Origin: Erysipelotrichaceae bacterium MTC7
Lineage (GTDB): Bacteria; Bacillota_I; Bacilli_A; Erysipelotrichales; Erysipelotrichaceae
Assembly (NCBI GenBank): GCA_001695645.1
Contig: LVZN01000023.1
Location: 108,243 to 140,242 of the forward strand
Reading direction: 5' to 3'
Length of the DNA: 32,000 bases
The translations under genes and the position numbers were made by a program. How positions within the stretch are numbered: the first letter of the stretch is position 1; every line of letters begins with the position of its first letter. Below the pieces are notes generated by a model, which had not been told where the DNA came from, did not search any database, and saw only the letters and a program-made list of their open reading frames with translations. Shown piece by piece: positions 7,039 through 15,123 of the stretch.

Positions 7039-7733
7039 TTTGCGTACACCTCTTTAAACATTTCTTCAATGGATTTGCGTTGGTGGATACGAATATCATC
7101 CACTTCTTGATCAAGCGCAACACTTCCTTCTTTCAAAAAGATGACCCGGTTAAAGATTCGTTCCACATCACTAATCAAATGCGTAGAAACAATCAAGGTT
7201 TGGTTTTCATCGTAGTTTTCTAAAATGGTATCTAAAATGACATCTCTTGCGACTGGATCAACTCCACCAATGGGTTCATCCAACATAATAATCTTTGCCC
7301 GTCGTGACATCACCAAACTCAATAAAAACTTTTCTTTCATCCCTTTCGACATTTGGCGAAAGTACAAGCGTGAATCAATATCGAATTTACTTAACAACTG
7401 TAAACAACGGTTATAGTCAAAATCCTCATACAAATCCACAAACATATTTAGTACATCGACTCCCTTTTGCCACTTTTCAAAATACGGTTCATCTGGCAAA
7501 AAGGAAATCACTTCCTTGGAATGGATCCCTAACGGTTTTCCATCCACGATAATCTTTCCATCATAATCGGCAATCAAAGTATTCATAATCTTCATCAACG
7601 TTGTTTTCCCACTTCCGTTGGGACCTAGAATACCGATGATTTCTCCTGGCTTAATATCAAAAGAAACACCTTGTAAACCGACGCGTTTTCCATAACGCTT
7701 ACTTACATTCTCTACTTTTATTAGACTGTCCAT
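7035..7733 (-). CDS. ABC transporter ATP-binding protein
   Basis: Walker A GPNGSGKTT, signature-like MSKGMKEK and Walker B IIMLDEP are present. The SD is AAGGAG, 6 nt upstream of ATG 7733. Confidence 0.9.
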   Translation of the reverse strand: MDSLIKVENVSKRYGKRVGLQGVSFDIKPGEIIGILGPNGSGKTTLMKIMNTLIADYDGKIIVDGKPLGIHSKEVISFLPDEPYFEKWQKGVDVLNMFVDLYEDFDYNRCLQLLSKFDIDSRLYFRQMSKGMKEKFLLSLVMSRRAKIIMLDEPIGGVDPVARDVILDTILENYDENQTLIVSTHLISDVERIFNRVIFLKEGSVALDQEVDDIRIHQRKSIEEMFKEVYAK

Positions 7734-7745
7734 ACATATCTCCTT

Positions 7746-7782
7746 GTATTAACATATTAATACACTTAAGAAAACAAGTCAA
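7746..7782 (-). promoter_or_regulatory. Promoter of the ABC/GntR operon with an overlapping palindromic operator
   Basis: Minus strand: TTGACT (7782-7777), a 17-nt spacer, then TAATAT (7759-7754). The 18-nt palindrome GTATTAA-TATG-TTAATAC (7746-7763) covers the -10 and start region. It has the GT..AC shape of GntR-family operators. Confidence 0.5.
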
Positions 7783-7786
7783 TATA

Positions 7787-7795
7787 TGCTATAAT
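7787..7795 (+). promoter_or_regulatory. Extended -10 promoter of birA, predicting a leaderless mRNA
   Basis: TGcTATAAT (7787-7795) is followed after exactly 6 nt by ATG 7802, with no SD. Confidence 0.45.
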
Positions 7796-7801
7796 TATTG
7801 T

Positions 7802-8635
7802 ATGAAAATTGATGCAAACCAGCTAAAAAAACAACTGAATCCGTTTTTTACGATTGTCGAATCCTATGAAACCATCAGTTCCACAAATGATTTACTCAAA
7901 CAAGTGGCAACGACATTTCCAGAGGGAACCCTTTTTATAGCAAACGAGCAAACCAAAGGAAAAGGCAGAAACGGGCGTGATTTTTTATCAAAAGCTGACA
8001 AAGGACTCTACATGTCGATTCTCTTAAAACCAAACCTGGAACTTAAAGCCAGTTTAACCATTACCGCTTGTGCTGCTGTCGCAGTAGCAAAAGCGATTGA
8101 ATCTTTGTATGGCCATGTCATTCAAATCAAATGGATTAACGATTTGATTTGCAATCAGTTAAAGCTTGGTGGTATTTTAGTAGAAAGTGGTTTGCAAGCA
8201 AATAAGCAACAAGTCGATTATTTTGTTGTGGGAATTGGTCTTAACGTTTACCATCAAGACTTTTTAGCACCACTTGATCAAATTGCAACAACCTTAGAGG
8301 ACCAAATTGGCACAGTTGACCGTTTTAAGCTAGCTGTGGCCATCTTAAACAACTTTATAACAGAATATCAGCGGATGGAAACTAACGCTTGGCACAAGCC
8401 TTATTTGAAGTATTCCAATGTGTACCATCAAACCATTCGGGTCCTAGCAAACCCTGCTTACGATGCATATGTGGAAGATATTGATTGTTATGGACAGTTG
8501 CATGTCATCAAAGAAGATCAAAGCAAAGAGATTATCAATTCAGGCGAAATCAGCATCCGCCTTGTAGAGGAGTCATCATTAATAAAAAACAACTATTGGA
8601 AAATGGATACCGCGAATACCGTGGTAAAGATGTAA
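7802..8635 (+). CDS. birA: Biotin-[acetyl-CoA-carboxylase] ligase, group I (no N-terminal HTH domain)
   Basis: The product has the motifs SSTNDLLKQ and KGKGRNGRDF (a GRGRxGRxW-type loop). A C-terminal GEISIRL matches the usual BPL end. About 20 extra tail residues overlap the next gene. Confidence 0.8.
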   Translation: MKIDANQLKKQLNPFFTIVESYETISSTNDLLKQVATTFPEGTLFIANEQTKGKGRNGRDFLSKADKGLYMSILLKPNLELKASLTITACAAVAVAKAIESLYGHVIQIKWINDLICNQLKLGGILVESGLQANKQQVDYFVVGIGLNVYHQDFLAPLDQIATTLEDQIGTVDRFKLAVAILNNFITEYQRMETNAWHKPYLKYSNVYHQTIRVLANPAYDAYVEDIDCYGQLHVIKEDQSKEIINSGEISIRLVEESSLIKNNYWKMDTANTVVKM

Positions 8636-8823
8636 ACGTATATTTTAAACTTTCGCTATGCACGCACTCGGCCCATTGCGTAAGAAGCAATAAAGACGTA
8701 TTTAAAGTCTGTCGTAGACCTTGGATTTTACCAGATAACGGACAAACAGAGGAAGTTATCCGGATTGTGGATGGTTGTCCTTCTGGTGCCTTACAATACC
8801 TTTTGAAAGAAGAGGCAGTCTAA
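8578..8823 (+). CDS. YjdI-like small protein with a divergent 4Fe-4S mono-cluster domain; start codon uncertain
   Basis: The sequence LLENGYREYRGKDVNVYFKLSLCTHSAHCVRSNKDVFKVCRRPWILPDNGQTEEVIRIVDGCPSGALQY is collinear, from memory, with E. coli YjdI (MDQALLDGGYRCYTGEKIDVYF...). The SD AGAGGAG (8566-8572) is followed after 5 nt by ATT 8578. The nearest canonical start is TTG 8596, which has no SD. Confidence 0.6.
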   Translation: MNKKQLLENGYREYRGKDVNVYFKLSLCTHSAHCVRSNKDVFKVCRRPWILPDNGQTEEVIRIVDGCPSGALQYLLKEEAV

Positions 8824-8825
8824 GT

Positions 8826-9374
8826 ATGTATGTAAAAAAACAACACATCCGCATATTACGAGCAGTTGGAATTGTTAGCTTGCTTATTTGGATGTATGTG
8901 ATTTATTCATTTAGTGCAGATAGTGGAAATACTTCAAGTGCCTTAAGTGGTAATGTTGTAAAAATGTTTTACCAAATCGTGGAACTCATTACTGGCAAAG
9001 ACTTATATCAAAGTCTATCGCCAAGTCATCTTGCTCTTGTCGAATACGTTTTTCGCAAGCTTGCGCATATGTTCATCTTCTTTGTCTTATGTGTAAATGC
9101 TATGTGCATCATGTTTACGTTTCCCATCGCAATGCCTTTACGCATCATTGGAGCATTATCCTTCAGTTTTGTTTATGCATGCTTTGATGAATTTCACCAA
9201 CTGACCGTTGCCGGCCGAGCAGGACAATTCAAAGATGTCCTAATTGACACCAGTGGTGCACTGATTGGCATTATCTTCTCGCTCTTACTTTATTGCGTGA
9301 TTTACACCATCTATCAAAAACGCATGGTCAAAACCTATGGAAGTATCGATCCTTCAAAACTTGAAAGAAAATAA
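8826..9374 (+). CDS. VanZ-family membrane protein
   Basis: VanZ-like motifs are present (FRKLAHMFIFFVL, DEFHQLTVAGRAGQFKDVLIDTSGALIG). I set the start at ATG 8826 (MYVKKQHIR), 2 nt after the previous stop. Confidence 0.75.
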   Translation: MYVKKQHIRILRAVGIVSLLIWMYVIYSFSADSGNTSSALSGNVVKMFYQIVELITGKDLYQSLSPSHLALVEYVFRKLAHMFIFFVLCVNAMCIMFTFPIAMPLRIIGALSFSFVYACFDEFHQLTVAGRAGQFKDVLIDTSGALIGIIFSLLLYCVIYTIYQKRMVKTYGSIDPSKLERK

Positions 9375-9403
9375 AAACAGCAACCGAAATTGCTGTTTTT
9401 ATT
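9373..9403. terminator. Bidirectional intrinsic terminator
   Basis: AACAGCAA-ccgaaa-TTGCTGTT (9376-9397) is flanked by an A-run upstream and a T-run downstream. It can serve vanZ (+) and the minus-strand unit that arrives from 9604. Confidence 0.75.
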
Positions 9404-9497
9404 CTTTATTGGCTTTATAAAAGAAGGTAAAGAGTAAACAACCAAAGCCAATAAACACACACAAGGAAAGTATCTCATCCACATGTAGCATATGCAT
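9399..9497 (-). CDS. Candidate 32-aa single-TM small protein, below the ORF-track size cutoff
   Basis: My translation is MHMLHVDEILSLCVFIGFGCLLFTFFYKANKE*. The SD GGAAGGAG lies 10 nt upstream. The TAA stop directly abuts the terminator hairpin at 9376-9397. Confidence 0.3.
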   Translation of the reverse strand: MHMLHVDEILSLCVFIGFGCLLFTFFYKANKE

Positions 9498-9603
9498 ACC
9501 ATCCACACTCCTTCCACACACTTACATTTTACAATTCCATCGTTTTTAAACAAAGCGAGACAATGGATATATTATGCTTATAATAAGCAAAAAGAAACAA
9601 AAC

Positions 9604-10344
9604 TTACGCCTTGTTTCTTTGTCGATAATATTCATTCAATGCAATCAAAGCGATGACACAAATTGTCGCAAAGCCAATGCAAACATAACGCGTTGGACTA
9701 ATCGTTTGATTCTCGCTTTTTCCGATGGTAATATAATCTTCTTTTAACTGTACATCAAGTGCATTATCAGTACACGCATGATCAAGTTGTTCACACACCT
9801 TGGTTTTACCAGGAGAAACAAAAGAGATATCACCCTCATCTACAACTACAACAGAATCATCCAAACTCATCCAGTTGCTGGCACTTTTGTAACGATCAGC
9901 ACTTTCATTTCGAATCATAAAATTATCTACTTCCAAATGTGGATGTAAGTCTTGCAAATTAACATCTTCATGTTCCACAATAATCGTATACTTGGCGAGT
10001 TCTAAATCGTTTTGCGAAAGCACTTGAAGTTGGACACTTCCTTGCTGTAACGCTTGAATCCAGCCACCTTGCACGATTTGAATCGTCTTCTCATTTGACA
10101 GTTTAAAATGCAACGTCTTTAAATCATACTCAGGAAATTCTTTTTGCACAAATTGAAAGTTTTTTCCAACCTTCGTCACTACATACATTTCGTTTCGTTC
10201 AGGCAGGCGATAGCCAACCTTTTGTTTTGCCTCCACGACATCAACAGCTTCATTTACAGACCCCTCGTCCATTGAAAACGCTGTCGTTGCACACATGGGT
10301 AAAGAAAGCGCAAAGAGTGCTTTCAGTATCGCAAGCTTTGTCAT
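9604..10344 (-). CDS. Hypothetical secreted protein with a C-terminal TM anchor
   Basis: The signal peptide is MTKLAILKALFALSLPMCATTAFS. A beta-rich middle follows, then a C-terminal TM (YVCIGFATICVIALIALNEYY) and RQRNKA. I set the start at ATG 10344, behind GGAGGGGA. Confidence 0.6.
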   Translation of the reverse strand: MTKLAILKALFALSLPMCATTAFSMDEGSVNEAVDVVEAKQKVGYRLPERNEMYVVTKVGKNFQFVQKEFPEYDLKTLHFKLSNEKTIQIVQGGWIQALQQGSVQLQVLSQNDLELAKYTIIVEHEDVNLQDLHPHLEVDNFMIRNESADRYKSASNWMSLDDSVVVVDEGDISFVSPGKTKVCEQLDHACTDNALDVQLKEDYITIGKSENQTISPTRYVCIGFATICVIALIALNEYYRQRNKA

Positions 10345-10388
10345 TCGTACGTTCCCCTCCGTTTTATCTAAATACCCTAACAAAGAGT

Positions 10389-10417
10389 ATTGTACCAAAT
10401 CTGTATTTACTTATCAA
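10389..10417 (-). promoter_or_regulatory. Promoter of the 9604..10344 gene
   Basis: Minus strand: TTGATA (10417-10412), a 17-nt spacer, then TGgTACAAT (-10 at 10394-10389). Confidence 0.55.
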
Positions 10418-10452
10418 TTATAATAATCATTATTTGTATGTAAATTAACACA

Positions 10453-10487
10453 CCAAAAAAAGAAGCTAGTTGTTAGCTAACTTCTTG
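10453..10487 (-). terminator. Intrinsic terminator after the LRR protein gene
   Basis: Minus strand: AAGAAGTTAG-CTAACAA-CTAGCTTCTT (10 bp with one G-U pair) followed by TTTTTGG. Confidence 0.75.
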
Positions 10488-10497
10488 CTTATTCTGT

Positions 10498-12084
10498 CTA
10501 CATCTTACTTAGGCGTTTGCGTGTTTTAAGCACTCCCCATAACGACAGCAATCCCAACAACACATAGAATCCTTGGTTGGTTGTATCGCCTGTTATTGGT
10601 GCGGTTGCTGCATTGCTAGTGTCAACAACTGGTGCAACCACTGTTGTATCTGTGGAAGTTCCCATGTCAGTTGCGTCACCCTTGTTTGCAGTATCACCAC
10701 TGTCAGTTGTTTCCTCACCTTTATCCGGCAATTCTTCTTCCTCTACTTTTTCAACAAAAGTTGGATAGACACGAAGATACTGTGAACGATGTTTAGCAGT
10801 CCTATCTCCCATCATTTCATCAGTAATATCTGTTTCAGAATCTGTTGATCCTTCAAATACATAATAATCATAGTAAAAATCTTTCACTGCTGTTTCAAAG
10901 TCATCGCCTTTATACATTAACTTACCGTCTTTGACAACGAAATCTGGGTTGGATAGTGTTATACGTTCGATATTTAAACCATCTGGCAAGTCAACGACAT
11001 AATCATCATCGTTCTTTGTATAAGACAGTGTCGTTGTGTTTTTCTCAACTGTAGTATAATTAAAATCAAAATCTGCAAGTCTTTCTTCATCGATAAAATA
11101 AATTAATTTTTCCAGTATATTTTCAGGTACATATGATATATTTGTCCCTCCATTAACAAAAACAATATTATTTACATCACTCAATTTCTCAAACTCAAAT
11201 GCTGAAAACTTTACGTTTAAAAAGAAAACTTCCAATATATCTGCTTCAAGTTTGCTTAGCCGCAAATCAACCAAATCAATCATACTCAAGTTCAAATAAT
11301 CAATTTTACTTTGTTTTGACAAATCCAATTTTGACAAGTTTGGAGCATTTTGAATATTCAAAGTGACAACTGCACTCTGCGAAGGTTGGATAATTTCCTC
11401 TAAACCCATAACATCATAAAGTACTATATTGTCCAAGTGATTGTTCGTTTGGAAATCCAGTTTTGAAAGTTTTTCCACATTGTACAAATGAAAATCCATG
11501 AGACTTACATCTCCTTCAACACTAATCTCTTGGATGTTCTTTGCATTTTGCACATATACTTCTTCTAATTTCGGATTATTACTCAGATTCAATATCTCCA
11601 AGTTTAACATTGTTTGAATATCAATCATTTTAAACTTTTTGTTTTGACTGATATTCAATTTTTCCAAAGCAGGTAAATCAGACAGATTCAACGAAATTAA
11701 CTCATCTTGGTTTGTTACGGTAAGACTTTCTAAATTCTCCAATTCCTGAAGATAAATATTATCTATCATTACTGAAGTCGATAAATTTATTTCAACTAGA
11801 TTAGGTAAATCCTTAACATTTAGTTCGATAAGATTTGAAAAACACTCAAGTCCTTTTAGCGAAGTGATGTCATCAAGTAAATCATCGTTTCCATCACCTT
11901 TACCAATTGTTAATTCTGTATCTTCATATGTAAACCCAACAGTATCTAACCATGCTTCAAAATCTTGATCGATTTGACAAGTTGCTGCATCTTTTGCTTC
12001 ATCATTTTTTAAGTTCACCTCTTGTGGTGATAGCATTCCAAGTGCCATTGGTATACTTAATAAACACAATAAAACTTTATTCAT
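10498..12084 (-). CDS. Leucine-rich-repeat cell-surface protein with a PITGD-type C-terminal sorting signal
   Basis: A signal peptide (MNKVLLCLLSIPMALGML) precedes about 10 or more LRR units of roughly 22 aa (LxxLxLSxNxxL...). An acidic Thr-rich stalk follows, then PITGD (10585-10599), a hydrophobic helix and KTRKRLSKM. The SD is GAGGAGAG. Confidence 0.8.
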   Translation of the reverse strand: MNKVLLCLLSIPMALGMLSPQEVNLKNDEAKDAATCQIDQDFEAWLDTVGFTYEDTELTIGKGDGNDDLLDDITSLKGLECFSNLIELNVKDLPNLVEINLSTSVMIDNIYLQELENLESLTVTNQDELISLNLSDLPALEKLNISQNKKFKMIDIQTMLNLEILNLSNNPKLEEVYVQNAKNIQEISVEGDVSLMDFHLYNVEKLSKLDFQTNNHLDNIVLYDVMGLEEIIQPSQSAVVTLNIQNAPNLSKLDLSKQSKIDYLNLSMIDLVDLRLSKLEADILEVFFLNVKFSAFEFEKLSDVNNIVFVNGGTNISYVPENILEKLIYFIDEERLADFDFNYTTVEKNTTTLSYTKNDDDYVVDLPDGLNIERITLSNPDFVVKDGKLMYKGDDFETAVKDFYYDYYVFEGSTDSETDITDEMMGDRTAKHRSQYLRVYPTFVEKVEEEELPDKGEETTDSGDTANKGDATDMGTSTDTTVVAPVVDTSNAATAPITGDTTNQGFYVLLGLLSLWGVLKTRKRLSKM

Positions 12085-12414
12085 TTCTTTCTCTCCTCTA
12101 TTTTTTTAAACAATACACAGTTCACGTTACAACAGTAACGTATTATAAACACTACCTTTTTAGTTACCCTCTCCTTTTCACACACGAAAAATATTCTCAA
12201 CAAACTGTCCAATATACACATCTCAACTAGATGTACGTTATTATGTTCAGTTTGATTTTCCACATGTATTTTACCATAACATGCCAATGCAACCTAAGCA
12301 CAGGCACTAAAAACCAAAATGAATGTCATGAATCGCGTGTTTATTGCCATTTTCGTTCCATTATGACAGGAATCGACATCTAACTCTACAGGCAAATACA
12401 AAAAAGACATATTC

Positions 12415-13104
12415 CTATGCCTCTTTGTAAATAATATTCTTTTCGATTTGTTGGTAAATGTAATCACTTACCGCTTGTTTGTCTTTACCTTGATACATTT
12501 CGTATGTGATTGGTGTTCCAAAAGTAACCGAAATATCTTTGTTTTTGTCCTTTTTGTCATCAATGCAATACGCATTGTTTAACGTGATAGGAACAATCGT
12601 TGCCTTCGCCATAAATGCAGGTTGTAAAGCACCTGCTTTAAAAGGATTCATCGCATCGTGACGCGAACGTGTTCCTTCTGGAAAAATCAGCAGTCGTCGA
12701 CCTTGTTTGAGTCGTCTAGCTGCTTCGCGAAGCATGTAGACATTTCCTTCACGAGTTTCGTGATCAAAATGGATTACATCCAAAACGCGGGCAATCCGCC
12801 CAAAGATTGGTAACTTTTCGTTTTTCTTTTTTGAAATAAATGCTAACGGATAGGGACAACTTGCAATGATTGGAACTGGATCAAGGGTTCCTTGGTGATT
12901 GGAAACAAATAGAATCGCTCCTTCACTTGGAATGTTTTCTTGTCCATAGACATGCAGGTTATAACCCATGACTTTTAACAGTCGTTTGCTTTGTAAGGAA
13001 AACGTGCGATAGCGCAAAGCAATACTTTTGTTGCGCTGTACAATCGCAGAAAACCATGCAATTGGTAAGAGAGGTAAGACTTTAATCATTTGCCAAATAC
13101 TCAT
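12415..13104 (-). CDS. plsC: 1-acyl-sn-glycerol-3-phosphate acyltransferase
   Basis: The product has the HX4D motif NHQGTLD and FPEGTRS. It starts 1 nt after the acpS stop. Confidence 0.85.
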   Translation of the reverse strand: MSIWQMIKVLPLLPIAWFSAIVQRNKSIALRYRTFSLQSKRLLKVMGYNLHVYGQENIPSEGAILFVSNHQGTLDPVPIIASCPYPLAFISKKKNEKLPIFGRIARVLDVIHFDHETREGNVYMLREAARRLKQGRRLLIFPEGTRSRHDAMNPFKAGALQPAFMAKATIVPITLNNAYCIDDKKDKNKDISVTFGTPITYEMYQGKDKQAVSDYIYQQIEKNIIYKEA

Positions 13105-13105
13105 G

Positions 13106-13441
13106 TTAAGACTCCTTTTCCCAAATTGCGTATGCTATTGCAACATCCTGCTCATGTGCGATGGATATATGAATTGTATATCCATCGACAGAACAAACAG
13201 GCTTGCCATTTTCATCGTTGAGAATTTCAATGTTTGTGATGAGTTTCATTTCATTACATGCTTTAAAGATCGCTTCTTTCGCGGCAAAGCGACCAGCAAG
13301 AAATTCTTGTTTTCGTTGTTTATTTTTCAAGGTGTTGTAGAGCTCAAGTTCTTTTGCTGAAAGTATTTTAGCAGCAAGTGCTTCTTGATTTTGCTCCAAT
13401 CTAGAAATCTCAACGATGTCACAGCCGATTCCGGCAATCAT
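13106..13441 (-). CDS. acpS: Holo-[acyl-carrier-protein] synthase
   Basis: The 111-aa product begins MIAGIGCDIVEISRLE and contains ...FAAKEAIFKA... Confidence 0.9.
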   Translation of the reverse strand: MIAGIGCDIVEISRLEQNQEALAAKILSAKELELYNTLKNKQRKQEFLAGRFAAKEAIFKACNEMKLITNIEILNDENGKPVCSVDGYTIHISIAHEQDVAIAYAIWEKES

Positions 13442-13442
13442 G

Positions 13443-13874
13443 TTATGCTCCTACAGCACACATGATTTCACCCTTCACTGCTACTTTGCCAGCAACTGTG
13501 GCTTCGACATCAGCGAAGTAAATTCCAGCGCGCTCATTGGTTAAAGTAACTTTTAGGGTTAAGACATCTCCAGGGATCACTTGTTGTTTAAAACGAAGTT
13601 TATTGATTCCCGCAAAGTAACCAATTTTCCCTTTGTTTTCTTCTTTCGATAAAAGTAAGACACATCCCGTTTGGGCAAGCGCTTCAACAATGAGCACCCC
13701 AGGCATCACGTGTTTTTCTGGGAAGTGACCAAGAAAGTGCATTTCATTTGTACTTACGCATTTTGTTCCGATGATCGTTTTTCCATCTTCACTAATTTCA
13801 TCGATTCGATCCACTAAGTGAAAGGGATAACGATGGGGAATAATTTGTTGAATTTCATTTGAATTGTAAACCAT
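13443..13874 (-). CDS. fabZ: 3-hydroxyacyl-ACP dehydratase
   Basis: Motifs present: IPHRYPFHLVDRI, FLGHFPEKHVMPGVLIVEALAQ. Confidence 0.95.
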   Translation of the reverse strand: MVYNSNEIQQIIPHRYPFHLVDRIDEISEDGKTIIGTKCVSTNEMHFLGHFPEKHVMPGVLIVEALAQTGCVLLLSKEENKGKIGYFAGINKLRFKQQVIPGDVLTLKVTLTNERAGIYFADVEATVAGKVAVKGEIMCAVGA

Positions 13875-13875
13875 G

Positions 13876-15114
13876 TTACGCCTCCCATTTCTTGAAGATT
13901 AAACTTACGTTATGTCCACCAAACCCAAGTGAGTTACTCATGGCATAGGTAAGTTCTTGTTTGCGACCAACATTGGCCACAACATCCAAATCACAATCTT
14001 CATCTTTTTCTTTATAATTGATGGTTGCAGGTACAAAGCCATCTTCAATGGCTTTAATGGTAATCAATGCTTCCACCGCACCACTAGCACCTAGTAAGTG
14101 TCCTGTGTTGCTTTTTGTTGAGGAAACCATTAGGTCATATGCATGCTCTTTAAATGCACCTTTAATTGCAGCAGTTTCGGTTTTATCGTTCATTGGTGTA
14201 CTTGTTCCATGTGCGTTAATATACGCAATATCACTTGCTTGAATGTTTGCATCTTGGATTGCATTCACCATGGCTTGACTTCCACCAGAACCATCGCCAA
14301 TTGGCGCCGTTATATGATACGCATCACAAGATGAACCATAACCAATCATTTCACCGTAGATTTTTGCATTACGAGCTTTTGCGTGTTCCAGTTCTTCAAG
14401 TACCAAAATCGCTGAACCTTCTCCCATAACAAAGCCACTACGTTCTTTATCAAACGGGATACTTGCACGATTTTTATCTTCACCTGTATGCAAGGCACGC
14501 ATACTGCTAAATCCAGCAACTGCTAGTGGCGTAATACTTGCTTCAGTTCCACCAGCTAACATCACTTCTTGATAGCCATCACGAATCTTATGGAAAGCTT
14601 CACCGATGGCATTACTTCCTGCTGCACAGGCGGTTACTTGACTGCTACAGTGTCCTTTGGCTTTTACATCAATGGCAACACTACCAGCAGCAAGGTTCAC
14701 TAGTGCCATGGGAATAAAGTATGGTGAAACACGACTTGGTCCACGTTCTTTTAAGTTATCTTCTGCACCTTCAATGGTTTCAATTCCACCAATACCCGAA
14801 GCAACAATCACACCAAAGCGTGTTGCATCAATCGCTTCAACATCTAGCTTTGCATCTTCCATTGCTTGTTTCGCTGCAATTCTTGCAAACTGAGTAAAAC
14901 GGTCATTGAATTTCAAATCACGTTTTGTAAAGTAGGCTTCCATATCCAAATCTTTTACTTCACCTGCCAGTTTTGCTTTAAAGTCTGTTGTATCAAAATG
15001 AGTAATCTTATCAATTCCACATACGCCATCTTTAATTGCTTGCCATGTATCTGGTGCAGTATTTCCAATTGGGCTTAATGCACCCATTCCTGTAATAACA
15101 ACTCTTCTTTTCAT
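13876..15114 (-). CDS. fabF: Beta-ketoacyl-ACP synthase II
   Basis: The 412-aa product has the active-site context TACAAGSNAIGEA, HGTSTP and GHLLGASG. Confidence 0.95.
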   Translation of the reverse strand: MKRRVVITGMGALSPIGNTAPDTWQAIKDGVCGIDKITHFDTTDFKAKLAGEVKDLDMEAYFTKRDLKFNDRFTQFARIAAKQAMEDAKLDVEAIDATRFGVIVASGIGGIETIEGAEDNLKERGPSRVSPYFIPMALVNLAAGSVAIDVKAKGHCSSQVTACAAGSNAIGEAFHKIRDGYQEVMLAGGTEASITPLAVAGFSSMRALHTGEDKNRASIPFDKERSGFVMGEGSAILVLEELEHAKARNAKIYGEMIGYGSSCDAYHITAPIGDGSGGSQAMVNAIQDANIQASDIAYINAHGTSTPMNDKTETAAIKGAFKEHAYDLMVSSTKSNTGHLLGASGAVEALITIKAIEDGFVPATINYKEKDEDCDLDVVANVGRKQELTYAMSNSLGFGGHNVSLIFKKWEA

Positions 15115-15123
15115 GAGCGACCT

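Noticed and set aside
8485-8577. The N-terminal 31 codons of ORF 8485..8823, which begin at a TTG inside birA.
   Set aside because: This segment has no similarity to YjdI-type proteins and lies fully inside the birA coding sequence. Homology starts only after the SD at 8566-8572.
9335-9553. The 72-aa minus-strand ORF in the ORF track.
   Set aside because: It reads through the strong terminator hairpin and into the antisense of vanZ. Its composition is Cys/Phe/Trp-rich. The shorter 32-aa frame that ends at the terminator is the better candidate, although it is still unproven.
11952-12287. ORFs 11952..12230 (+) and 12081..12287 (-) in the region upstream of the LRR gene.
   Set aside because: They overlap the LRR gene start and its 5' UTR. 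They have no SD and an AT-rich, codon-poor composition. The region is more likely promoter and leader; a TGgTAAAAT extended -10 lies near 12265-12275.
12398-12430. A weak hairpin, AGAGGCATA-GGAA-TATGTCTTT plus T-run, as the terminator of the lipid operon after plsC.
   Set aside because: It is not listed as a feature. The stem needs two G-U pairs, overlaps the plsC stop and borrows the T-run for pairing. It is plausible but too weak to call by eye.
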